DNA of 17,396 nt from contig JBMFOP010000068.1 in assembly GCA_049969675.1 (NCBI GenBank), positions 1 through 17,396 of the forward strand, in the 5' to 3' direction. This document shows, one piece after another, positions 7,800-15,728 of the stretch; position 1 is the stretch's first letter, and each line of letters begins with the position of its first letter. The notes beneath the pieces were generated by a model, which did no database searches, had not been told where the DNA came from, and saw only the letters and a program-made list of their open reading frames with translations. Position numbers and translations under genes: made by a program. This DNA is from Myxococcota bacterium (GTDB lineage Bacteria; Myxococcota; SpSt-1050).

Positions 7800-8945
7800 A
7801 TGTTGGGACAGAGATTTGGAAAATATATCCTTATTCGTAAACTTGCAACAGGTGGAATGGCTGATATCTATCTCGCAAGACAGGAGGGAGTTGAGGGTTT
7901 TCAGAAGGACATTGTAATTAAGAAGATAAGAGCGGAGATAGGTCAGAAGCCGGAGTTTGTGCAGATGTTTTTGAATGAGGCAAAACTGGCGGCTATGCTG
8001 ACACACCCAAACATCTGCCAGATATTTGACCTTGGAAAGATTGGTGATTCATACTTCATTGCAATGGAATATATAGCTGGCAGAGATATGAATCGTATCA
8101 TTAACGCATCTGCCAAGAGGGGTATTCCATTCCCGATGGAGTATGCCTTGAAGATAGCCTCTAATGTATGCGAGGGGCTTTATTATGCCCATTCAAAGGT
8201 GGATTATAACGGGAATCCATTGAATATAGTGCACAGAGATATAACGCCAGAAAATATAATGGTCTCCTGGGACGGAGCGGTGAAGATTCTGGACTTTGGA
8301 ATAGCAAAGGCTACAAATCTGGTCTCAACAGATAGAGAGGGAGAGGTAAAGGGGAAGTTGAGTTATATATCGCCGGAGCAATTACAGGGTAAGGAGGCGG
8401 ATCAGAGGTCAGACATCTTCTCGCTTGGAGTGGTTCTATATGAATGGATTACTGGATATAAGTTGTTCCGAGGCGAGACCGATGAGGCAGTGATTAAATC
8501 AATTACAGAAGGGAAGATATATCCGCCGAGTTTTTTCAAACCCGACCTTCCCAAACAGGTTGAGAAGATTCTGATGTCGGCACTGGAGAAAGACCCTGAA
8601 AAGAGATATAAGAATGCCTGGGATATGCAGTTTGAGATAGATTCGTTTTTGAGTCAGCACGAATTTACCCCTTCAAATGTCCACCTCTCCAACTTTATAA
8701 AGCAACTCTTTAAAGATGAGATTGAGAAGGAGCGGAAGATTACAGGCAAGAAGATTATTGCAGTCCCCCCTCCGCTCCCCGGTAGTAAGAGTCCACACAG
8801 GACCATTGCAAATGCGGGGCGAACAGTTCAAATAAATCTACCAGAAGATATCTTTGTCAATATTTCCCAGATAGCACAGAAGAATGAGATGACTGTCTCC
8901 AATCTGGTAGAAGAGATAGTGAAATTCTATCTAAAATACAAATAA
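7800..8945 (+). CDS. Cytoplasmic Hanks-type Ser/Thr protein kinase with C-terminal ribbon-helix-helix-like domain
   Basis: 'LATGGMADIYLA', VIKKI lysine, 'HPNICQIFD', 'HRDITPEN', 'DFGIAK', 'YISPE', 'SDIFSLG'; Pro-rich linker VPPPLPG; C-terminal RTVQINLPEDIFVNISQIAQKNEMTVSNLVEEIVKFYL; no TM. Confidence 0.92.
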   Translation: MLGQRFGKYILIRKLATGGMADIYLARQEGVEGFQKDIVIKKIRAEIGQKPEFVQMFLNEAKLAAMLTHPNICQIFDLGKIGDSYFIAMEYIAGRDMNRIINASAKRGIPFPMEYALKIASNVCEGLYYAHSKVDYNGNPLNIVHRDITPENIMVSWDGAVKILDFGIAKATNLVSTDREGEVKGKLSYISPEQLQGKEADQRSDIFSLGVVLYEWITGYKLFRGETDEAVIKSITEGKIYPPSFFKPDLPKQVEKILMSALEKDPEKRYKNAWDMQFEIDSFLSQHEFTPSNVHLSNFIKQLFKDEIEKERKITGKKIIAVPPPLPGSKSPHRTIANAGRTVQINLPEDIFVNISQIAQKNEMTVSNLVEEIVKFYLKYK

Positions 8946-8958
8946 AAGGAGTGCCACA

Positions 8959-9738
8959 ATGAATGAGATTGAACACAGGTATAATGAAAATGTTCATATC
9001 ATAGATTCTCCTCTATTATTTGATCTGGTCGGGAGATTTTCAAGGCCAGATACAATTCAACCCGAGGCAAACAGGATAATCAGATATGCCTATAATGAGC
9101 TCTTAAGATATATTGTGGATGTAGAATTTCCAAAGACGAGAATTGACTATCCTACCAGAATGAAAAAATATACACCAAAGGGTGTGATTCGTGGGCTCGG
9201 AATAAAGAAAGATACTAAGACGGTGATTGTGAGTATATTGAGGGCTGGCTCAATACCATCTCAGCTCTTCTTTGACCTCCTGTGCTGGTTTATAAATCCC
9301 GAATATATCAGACAGGATTTTATTTCATCAGCAAGGATTGTGAACAGGAAGGGGAAGGTCATAGGTGCAACCATTAACACAGTAAAGGTCGGTGGAGACC
9401 TTAGCGATGCATTTGTCCTGATTCCAGACCCTATGGGGGCTACTGCATCTACTCTCTTAAAGGTTATAGATGAATATATGAAGAACACCAGAAAACCACC
9501 TAAGAAGATCATCACTGCACATATGATTATTACACCTGAATTTATCAGAAACCTGCACAAAAAATATCCAGAGGTCATAATCTACTCTCTGAGACTGGAT
9601 AGAGGGCTCTCCCCCGATGAGGTATTGAAGACTATCCCGGGCACTTTCAAGGATAGGGAGAGGGGACTCAATGATAATCAATATATCGTACCCGGCGCGG
9701 GCGGAGTAGGTGAGATAATTAACAATTCGTTTGTATAG
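8959..9738 (+). CDS. upp: Uracil phosphoribosyltransferase family protein (divergent, long form)
   Basis: 'VSILRAG', PRPP loop 'LIPDPMGATAS', 'GLNDNQYIVPGAGGVG'; SD AAGGAG upstream. Confidence 0.78.
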   Translation: MNEIEHRYNENVHIIDSPLLFDLVGRFSRPDTIQPEANRIIRYAYNELLRYIVDVEFPKTRIDYPTRMKKYTPKGVIRGLGIKKDTKTVIVSILRAGSIPSQLFFDLLCWFINPEYIRQDFISSARIVNRKGKVIGATINTVKVGGDLSDAFVLIPDPMGATASTLLKVIDEYMKNTRKPPKKIITAHMIITPEFIRNLHKKYPEVIIYSLRLDRGLSPDEVLKTIPGTFKDRERGLNDNQYIVPGAGGVGEIINNSFV

Positions 9739-9748
9739 GTGGGATATT

Positions 9749-10261
9749 ATGGAGAGATTTAAGGTCTTAATTACTGAGAAAGAAATTAAAAAGAAGATTA
9801 AGAGTCTTGCCAGAAGAATCAATAAGGATTTTGAAGGTGAGCATCTATATATCATTGGGATTCTCAATGGCTGTTATATGTTTCTATCGGACCTTGCGAG
9901 AGAGTTAAAGATGCCCTGCACAGTTGATTTTATGAGAGTCTCAAGTTATGGAAATGCAACAGAGACAAGTGGAGTTGTCAGGATAATTATGGATGTCTCC
10001 GAATCTCTTGCTGATAAGAATGTCCTGATAGTGGAGGACATCATTGATACTGGACTTACAATGGACTATCTTATCAGGACAATCAAACAGAAGAATCCAA
10101 AGACAGTTAAGGTCTGCACTTTGCTACATAAGAAGGTCAAGACCAGAATTGATGTAAAGATTGACTACTGTGGTTTTGAGGTACCTGACCTGTTTGTTGT
10201 AGGGTATGGTCTTGATTATAACAATATGTATAGAAACCTGAAATATATTGGATACAAATAA
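9749..10261 (+). CDS. hpt: Hypoxanthine(-guanine) phosphoribosyltransferase
   Basis: 'GILNGCYMFLSDL', 'DFMRVSSYG', 'VLIVEDIIDTGLT', 'FVVGYGLDY...YRNL'; ATG 9749 after 'aggtggga' preferred to TTG 9731. Confidence 0.95.
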   Translation: MERFKVLITEKEIKKKIKSLARRINKDFEGEHLYIIGILNGCYMFLSDLARELKMPCTVDFMRVSSYGNATETSGVVRIIMDVSESLADKNVLIVEDIIDTGLTMDYLIRTIKQKNPKTVKVCTLLHKKVKTRIDVKIDYCGFEVPDLFVVGYGLDYNNMYRNLKYIGYK

Positions 10262-10279
10262 TATCTGGAGAATATTTAG

Positions 10280-11122
10280 ATGGAAGAGAATTTAGAAAAG
10301 AGTGACGAGTCAAAAAAGAATGAAAGCCCCAAGGAAGGGCATATAATTACGAGAAGTCGCAGTGGGATTCCGCTCTGGATCTGGCTTATTATCATAATTT
10401 TGATTCTCGTCTGTTTCTACTTCCTATCACTTATAAACAGCAAGAGGTTTCAGATATGTGAGAGAGATGGATATCTAATTGTCAAAAAGGGTCTCTTTCT
10501 TCCCTACGGATTTGCTGAATATATACCTTTAAATATGAATGAGAGAGAGGCATATCTACCACTCAAGATTCCCGAGGGAGAGCGGGTCGCAAAGATTGAA
10601 GTGGATAAGGGAGATGTGGACATCGCATTGTTTAAGATTATTTCAGGCTGGATAGATAAATATCTCAAACAGGAGAATGAAGAGGGACTAAAGATTGCAG
10701 CGATGTATATGGAAAGAATTATGAAGCTCAATGTGACTCCGGTAGAATATGAAAAATATTCAAGATTAAAGGGTGAGCTATATTTCAGGCAGGCGAAATT
10801 TCAATTCAATATGGGTATGGATATGCTCAGGCAGGCAAAAGAGAAGATCGGGTCAATAAAGGCGATTGCCCCCGAATTTACAAAGGAGTCTAATGAGATC
10901 ATTGATAAGATTGATAGGATTGAGAAGGCGATTAATCCTGATTATTCCCTTCTTGAGAAGAGGGATATTGAGAGGCTCAAGGAGGAGATGAGGAAGGAGT
11001 GCATAACTACCTGTGTAAGGGAGAGTATTGAGAAGTCATCCTCTGAGAGACCGAATGAGTCACCTTCTACCGATCCCGCTGTAATCCCTTCAACAGAGCC
11101 AGTAAAGTCAGATGGAAAATAA
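10280..11122 (+). CDS. Hypothetical single-pass membrane protein with helical/coiled-coil C-terminal domain
   Basis: SD ggag; charged N-terminus, one TM (IPLWIWLIIIILILVCFYFL), small beta region 'GYLIVKKGLFLPYG', then helical region and P/S-rich tail. Confidence 0.8.
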   Translation: MEENLEKSDESKKNESPKEGHIITRSRSGIPLWIWLIIIILILVCFYFLSLINSKRFQICERDGYLIVKKGLFLPYGFAEYIPLNMNEREAYLPLKIPEGERVAKIEVDKGDVDIALFKIISGWIDKYLKQENEEGLKIAAMYMERIMKLNVTPVEYEKYSRLKGELYFRQAKFQFNMGMDMLRQAKEKIGSIKAIAPEFTKESNEIIDKIDRIEKAINPDYSLLEKRDIERLKEEMRKECITTCVRESIEKSSSERPNESPSTDPAVIPSTEPVKSDGK

Positions 11123-12656
11123 AAAGTTGTATTTTACCATTTTACTTATCCTTCTGATGTTGGCCTTTTTTACCTGTAAAGAGAGGGAGAAGTCGGAAGG
11201 GCACGGACCTGTTGGCAGACCAGAACTTGAAAGTGTATATGCAAAGGTATATAGGTTGATTGAATATGGTGAATATAATCTGGCATTTTCTGAACTGGCT
11301 TATTATTTGAGGTTTTATACACTGGAGGAGAGGAAGGGTTTTGATATACAGAATCTCTTTGCAAAATATATAATTGAAGGGAGTGATTCCCTTGAAAACA
11401 CAATAGACAACTATGCAAGATTGTTTGAATTTTTTAACTCCGCTGATGCAGAGGCAGTATATCAGATGCTTATGTACCGTTCTGCAAACGAATCAGATCT
11501 TGAGCGTGCAGCACTTATTGTCGCATCAAAAGTGGATAAGGGGAGCACAGATGCTGGCTTATATTTCTTTCTTACATACACTTTTTATAATTTGAAGATG
11601 AGGGAACAATCTGATAGATATCTGGATTGCCTTCTGAGCATCGCACCTCATCATCCAGCCACATCATATCTGGTCTTTAAGATCCGTGGGAAGAGGCCCA
11701 ATTTCAGGGCTCTGGCGGTTGATGCCCTCAGGACCTTATTTTACAGAGATGGCTCTCCATCTGCGCTCAGGACAATCGCCTTAAACTTCCATATACCTGC
11801 TATGATGAATAAAGAATGGGAGGAGATAGCCTTTGCGCTCTTAAATAGCCGAGATTTTCAGACCAGATTGTTGGCATATTCAGAGATACCAATATTCTTC
11901 GCCAGAAATAATGACGCCGAGGCACTCTATAAAATTTTAAAGAGTCAGATAGTTGAAAAGAATTATAGACTCTTCTCTCTCGCCACAAGAAGTCTTTTAT
12001 ATGTTTATAAAGAACCCTATGTGGTTGTGGACAGGTTGAGAAGGGAGTTTACAGATAATCCATTTGTCTTAATGCTCTATGCAAAGTATCTAATCTCAAC
12101 AAGTCCAGACAATCTAAATGATGCGGTCCAACTATGTATGGATGCACTTGAGAAGGATAATAATATTGAAATGCTTTTAGAATCTGTAGAACTCTTGAGT
12201 AATACATCAAATATATTCAAGCTTAAATCATTCGCAGAGGAACTCCTTTTCAGATATCCATATTATATTGACCTATATAATATCTATAGGACTATTTCAT
12301 CCAATTCAGGCAAAGTTGATATCTTTGAGAGATATTTTGAACATATACCAGAATCTATTGAGAGATATCTGTTATTTTCCTATATCGTGGATAATTTGAA
12401 ATATAAGGAGGGGTATCTATTAAACGGTCTCAATGTCTATAAAGGGGATTGCCGTTTGATTATAGAACTTTTAGATGTTGAGAACAGATGTGAGGCAGGT
12501 GATTTTTTCAAGAAATATAATGAACTGATTAAAAATTATGTTACTAAGGAAGAGATGCTCTCCTGTATAAGTAAGATGGAGGAGAATAGAAAGGTAACTT
12601 ATCTATCGCTTGTGAATCAGGGGAAGAGAGGACATTGTGCAGTTGAGAAAAAATAA
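11112..12656 (+). CDS. Hypothetical all-helical (TPR/HEAT-like) exported protein, possible lipoprotein
   Basis: 514-aa ORF overlapping previous gene; signal peptide ending 'LAFFTC'; TPR-like segments (e.g. 'DCLLSIAPHHP', 'DNPFVLMLYAKYL', 'ELLFRYPYY'). Confidence 0.75.
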   Translation: MENKKLYFTILLILLMLAFFTCKEREKSEGHGPVGRPELESVYAKVYRLIEYGEYNLAFSELAYYLRFYTLEERKGFDIQNLFAKYIIEGSDSLENTIDNYARLFEFFNSADAEAVYQMLMYRSANESDLERAALIVASKVDKGSTDAGLYFFLTYTFYNLKMREQSDRYLDCLLSIAPHHPATSYLVFKIRGKRPNFRALAVDALRTLFYRDGSPSALRTIALNFHIPAMMNKEWEEIAFALLNSRDFQTRLLAYSEIPIFFARNNDAEALYKILKSQIVEKNYRLFSLATRSLLYVYKEPYVVVDRLRREFTDNPFVLMLYAKYLISTSPDNLNDAVQLCMDALEKDNNIEMLLESVELLSNTSNIFKLKSFAEELLFRYPYYIDLYNIYRTISSNSGKVDIFERYFEHIPESIERYLLFSYIVDNLKYKEGYLLNGLNVYKGDCRLIIELLDVENRCEAGDFFKKYNELIKNYVTKEEMLSCISKMEENRKVTYLSLVNQGKRGHCAVEKK

Positions 12657-12663
12657 GAAAATT

Positions 12664-13188
12664 ATGAGTAGAATCTCTTTTTTTATCATTTTTATCCTTC
12701 TAATTCTCAGTCCTATCTCCTGTATTGGTGAGAACTCTTATAGGAGTATGAGGGGTGAGAATCAGCTCTCGCTTAAAAATATTAAGATGTACGAATATAG
12801 AGGTGATAAAAAGGAGGCAGAGGTTATTGCTGAGAATCTTATATATAATAGAGATAAGGCAGAATTTATAATTAAAGATGGGAGAATTCTAACAGATATC
12901 TCTCTTGGTTCTATAAAAGATAAGGTGGATATCGGTTTTTTGAGGGCTGAATATGATATCAAAAGTAAAAAACTCTATGTTGAACTTAAGGATACAATAT
13001 TTATTGATAGAGGTGTTAGACTCTCGGCTGGTAATCTGGAATTGAAGACCGAGGTGGGTGATATATGGAGTCTTAATAAGGTGAAAATTCAGGGTGGAAA
13101 TTTTGAATTTGAAGGGAATGGTTTTTTTGGCAACATTAAAGATGGTATGTATGTATTTGATGAAGGTGTGGAGGCAAGGATATTTTGA
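12664..13188 (+). CDS. lptC: LPS export periplasmic protein LptC-like
   Basis: N-terminal hydrophobic anchor, beta-jellyroll pattern ('VKIQGGNFEFEGNGFFGNI...VFDEGVEARI'), immediately upstream of lptA-lptB; ATG 12664 preferred over GTG 12637. Confidence 0.72.
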   Translation: MSRISFFIIFILLILSPISCIGENSYRSMRGENQLSLKNIKMYEYRGDKKEAEVIAENLIYNRDKAEFIIKDGRILTDISLGSIKDKVDIGFLRAEYDIKSKKLYVELKDTIFIDRGVRLSAGNLELKTEVGDIWSLNKVKIQGGNFEFEGNGFFGNIKDGMYVFDEGVEARIF

Positions 13189-13190
13189 TT

Positions 13191-13667
13191 ATGTCTTTTC
13201 TTGGGAAGATAATGATTCTGTTAATACTCTTTCAAACTCAGGAGACGAGACCTCTGAAAGAGCAGATTAAGGAGGATAAATCCCCGATAGAGATTAAGGC
13301 AAAGAGATTGAAGATTGAGAATCAAAATAAGAAGGCGACATTCTCCGATAATGTGGTTGTGACCCGTTCTGATATGAAGATGACCTGTGATCTGCTTATG
13401 GCTTTTTATAATGAAAATGGGAAGATTGAGAAATTTGAATGCATCGGGAATGTGAAACTCACAAAGGGAGAGAGGGTGGCAACCTCCAATAAGGCAGTAT
13501 ATGATAATAGGAACTCCACAGTTATTATGACCGGAAATCCATATTATTCTGATGGAGAGAACAGATTCTGGGGAGATGTAGTTGACTATGATCTTGAAAA
13601 TGATGTGGTAAATGTAAAGAATATTAAGGCGGTAGTTAAGATAAAAGGGCAGAAAGAGAAGAAGTAA
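13191..13667 (+). CDS. lptA: LPS transport periplasmic protein LptA (OstA family)
   Basis: 'PIEIKAKRL', 'ATFSDNVVVTR', 'GNVKL', 'AVYD...IMTGNP', 'GDVVDYDL'; between lptC and lptB. Confidence 0.9.
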   Translation: MSFLGKIMILLILFQTQETRPLKEQIKEDKSPIEIKAKRLKIENQNKKATFSDNVVVTRSDMKMTCDLLMAFYNENGKIEKFECIGNVKLTKGERVATSNKAVYDNRNSTVIMTGNPYYSDGENRFWGDVVDYDLENDVVNVKNIKAVVKIKGQKEKK

Positions 13668-14381
13668 ATGCTTGAGGTGAATTCAATCTCCAAGAGATAT
13701 AAGCATAGAAAGGTACTTGATAAGGTATCAATTCATATTAATCGCGGTGAGATTGCAGGGATATTGGGTCCAAATGGGGCTGGTAAGACTACATTATTTA
13801 AGATAATAATTGGTCTTGTTAAACCTGACGAGGGTGATATTCTGCTGGACAGTGTACTAATAAATGGCTTTAGTCTATATCAGTTAATTCGTATGGGAGT
13901 CGGTTATCTCCCTCAGGAGCCTTCTCTTTTTACCGGGCTTTCTGTATATGAAAACCTGAAATTGGCATCCTCTATAAATAATTCAAATATGGACCCTGAG
14001 GCAAGGGTAGATGAAATTATTAAGGCACTCAATCTAAGCGGAATCAGAGATAGCATAGCAGAAAATCTCTCCGGTGGGGAGAAACGAAGGGTTGAGGTAG
14101 CACGTTCTCTTCTGTTAAATCCATCTTATATGCTCTTTGATGAGCCGTTCAGTCAGATAGACCCCAAGACGGTTTATGAGTTGATGGGGATTATTAAAAA
14201 GATGAGGGAGAGGAATATCGGAATTTTAATTACAGACCATTCTGCTCGTGAGGTATTTAATGTCTGTGATAGAATATATATATTATCAGATGGGAAGGTT
14301 ATTATAGAGGGAACACCTGAGGAATTAAAACACAATCCATCGGTAAAAGAGATCTATCTCGGACAACTCTTTGAAATATAA
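13668..14381 (+). CDS. lptB: LPS export ABC transporter ATP-binding protein LptB
   Basis: Walker A GPNGAGKTT, 'GYLPQEPSLF', signature LSGGEKRRVEVAR, Walker B 'LFDEPF', 'GILITDH', C-terminal 'YLGQLF'. Confidence 0.95.
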   Translation: MLEVNSISKRYKHRKVLDKVSIHINRGEIAGILGPNGAGKTTLFKIIIGLVKPDEGDILLDSVLINGFSLYQLIRMGVGYLPQEPSLFTGLSVYENLKLASSINNSNMDPEARVDEIIKALNLSGIRDSIAENLSGGEKRRVEVARSLLLNPSYMLFDEPFSQIDPKTVYELMGIIKKMRERNIGILITDHSAREVFNVCDRIYILSDGKVIIEGTPEELKHNPSVKEIYLGQLFEI

Positions 14382-14388
14382 TTCTCAT

Positions 14389-14730
14389 CACATCTGTCCA
14401 AAATAATTTTTTTGATATGAAAGCCTCGGTAGGGTAAAACTTTTTTCAATCAAAAAACCCTGAAAGGAGGCCTCTTATGAATAAACACCCCGTCATTTCT
14501 GACGCCCCTCTACAAGAGGGGAAAGCCGCATTTTTGGGGAAATCTATGATAGGTACAGGCAAATTCTACAGATATTTTCAAAGAATGATTTTTACAGGGC
14601 AGTATATGAGACGAAGACTGATAAAGGGGTAAAGAGATTTAGTTGTTGGGAAAATTTGAGGTATTTTAAATGGTGTCTTATGTAGAGATTTTAGGAGAAA
14701 CTGATTATTAGCCCTTACTTTTTAAATGGC
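14389..14730 (+). mobile_element. Decayed IS4-family element (left end plus transposase 5' fragment); right end uncertain
   Basis: Starts CACATCTGTCCAAAATAA, about 85% identical over ~95 bp to the reverse complement of 6297-6390; 'agccctta' near 14710 also occurs near the far end of the first copy; no intact right TIR seen, so the end coordinate is approximate. Confidence 0.72.
14477..14685 (+). pseudogene. Frameshifted N-terminal fragment of an IS4-family transposase (DUF4372-like)
   Basis: SD GAAAGGAGG + ATG 14477 (MNK); in a shifted frame 14530-14652 reads IFGEIYDRYRQILQIFSKNDFYRAVYETKTDKGVKRFSCWE, matching the recalled DUF4372 pattern (IFxQ-L...F...V......K.FSCW.Q); stop at 14683-14685. 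Confidence 0.68.
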
Positions 14731-14792
14731 TTGAAATGTAAAAAAAATATTGTATAAAACATCTTAGGTCTTTCTCTTAATTGAGGTAAATT

Positions 14793-15671
14793 ATGTATGA
14801 TTTAAAGATTTCAGTTTTATCCCTCTCCCTTATTTATCTTTATTCCTGTGCTACCGTAAAAAGTGATAAAACTGGTGTGGATATAGAGAGCAGACTCAAA
14901 GATGGTGCAAGAGTTATGTGGATCGCCGCTCATCCGGATGATGAGTCTATGGTGGGTGCCCTACTTTTAAGGTCCAGTCTATATTATAAGAATCCACTAT
15001 ACTTTCTGGTGCTTACCCATGGGGATGGAGGGGAGTGTTGCATAAAAGGGGGATGTCATCCAGACCTCAAGACAGTGAGAGGAGAGGAGCTAAAAAAGGT
15101 GGCAAAGGCGTACAATGCGGAGTTGCAGCATGAATACCTATTTAATGCGCCTCTTCCGATGGAGAGCTTCCCCCCAAGGCATATAATTGCCAGAAAATGG
15201 AGAGAGGAGAAAGACCCAATATATATAGTGGCTGAGGCTATTAGAAGGTTTAAGCCAGATATAGTTATCACCTTTGACCCATATAGAGGTTTTACAGGGC
15301 ACCCCGAGCATCAACTTGCCTCAAGGTTTGCCATTGCGGGAATAATTGCAGCTGCAGATTCAGAATATAAAATTGAGCATAGTCAACCTCATAGAGTAAG
15401 GCATCTATATTTTGGACTGAATAAGTATTTTATATTCAAGATTTTGGGGCAGACAGACCCATCTCCTGTAACCGAGGAGTGGAATATGAATAAGGAATGT
15501 GCAGGTGGAAAGAGCTGTAAGGAACTCCTCTCAAAATATACACGCTTTCATAGATCTCAGGAGAATGATATGGGGACTGTAAGAAAGCTACTCAGGTGGA
15601 TTGATACAATGTATCTATCTGAATATGACCCTTTTAAGCACCCGCTGGATCCTTATGAAGAGGTAAAGTAG
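14793..15671 (+). CDS. PIG-L/LmbE family N-deacetylase, probable lipoprotein
   Basis: Lipobox 'LYSC', Zn-binding 'AAHPDDE', 'LTHGDGG', 'IRRFKPDIVITFDP', 'GHPEH', 'HRSQ'; SD gaggt. Confidence 0.88.
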   Translation: MYDLKISVLSLSLIYLYSCATVKSDKTGVDIESRLKDGARVMWIAAHPDDESMVGALLLRSSLYYKNPLYFLVLTHGDGGECCIKGGCHPDLKTVRGEELKKVAKAYNAELQHEYLFNAPLPMESFPPRHIIARKWREEKDPIYIVAEAIRRFKPDIVITFDPYRGFTGHPEHQLASRFAIAGIIAAADSEYKIEHSQPHRVRHLYFGLNKYFIFKILGQTDPSPVTEEWNMNKECAGGKSCKELLSKYTRFHRSQENDMGTVRKLLRWIDTMYLSEYDPFKHPLDPYEEVK

Positions 15672-15683
15672 ATCTATGCTTTT

Positions 15684-15711
15684 TTGACTTATTGTTTTAT
15701 CCTGTTATAAT
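15684..15711 (+). promoter_or_regulatory. Near-consensus sigma70 promoter with extended -10 for the second kinase
   Basis: TTGACT (15684-15689), 16-nt spacer ending in TGt, perfect TATAAT (15706-15711); ATG at 15729. Confidence 0.65.
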
Positions 15712-15728
15712 GATGGTGGGTTTATTTT

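Noticed and set aside
6479..10261. Anti-phage defence system (kinase plus PRTase or nucleotide-depleting deaminase)
   Set aside because: Enzymes look like ordinary salvage families, Hpt is canonical, the block runs into essential lpt genes and no defence hallmark genes are nearby.
14477..14632. 51-aa ORF with strong SD as a real small protein
   Set aside because: Explained as the out-of-frame read-through of the frameshifted transposase relic.
5961..14730. Active composite transposon or recombinase-driven invertible switch
   Set aside because: No intact transposase or recombinase, repeats diverged, second copy lacks an outer TIR, no target duplication, cargo is housekeeping.
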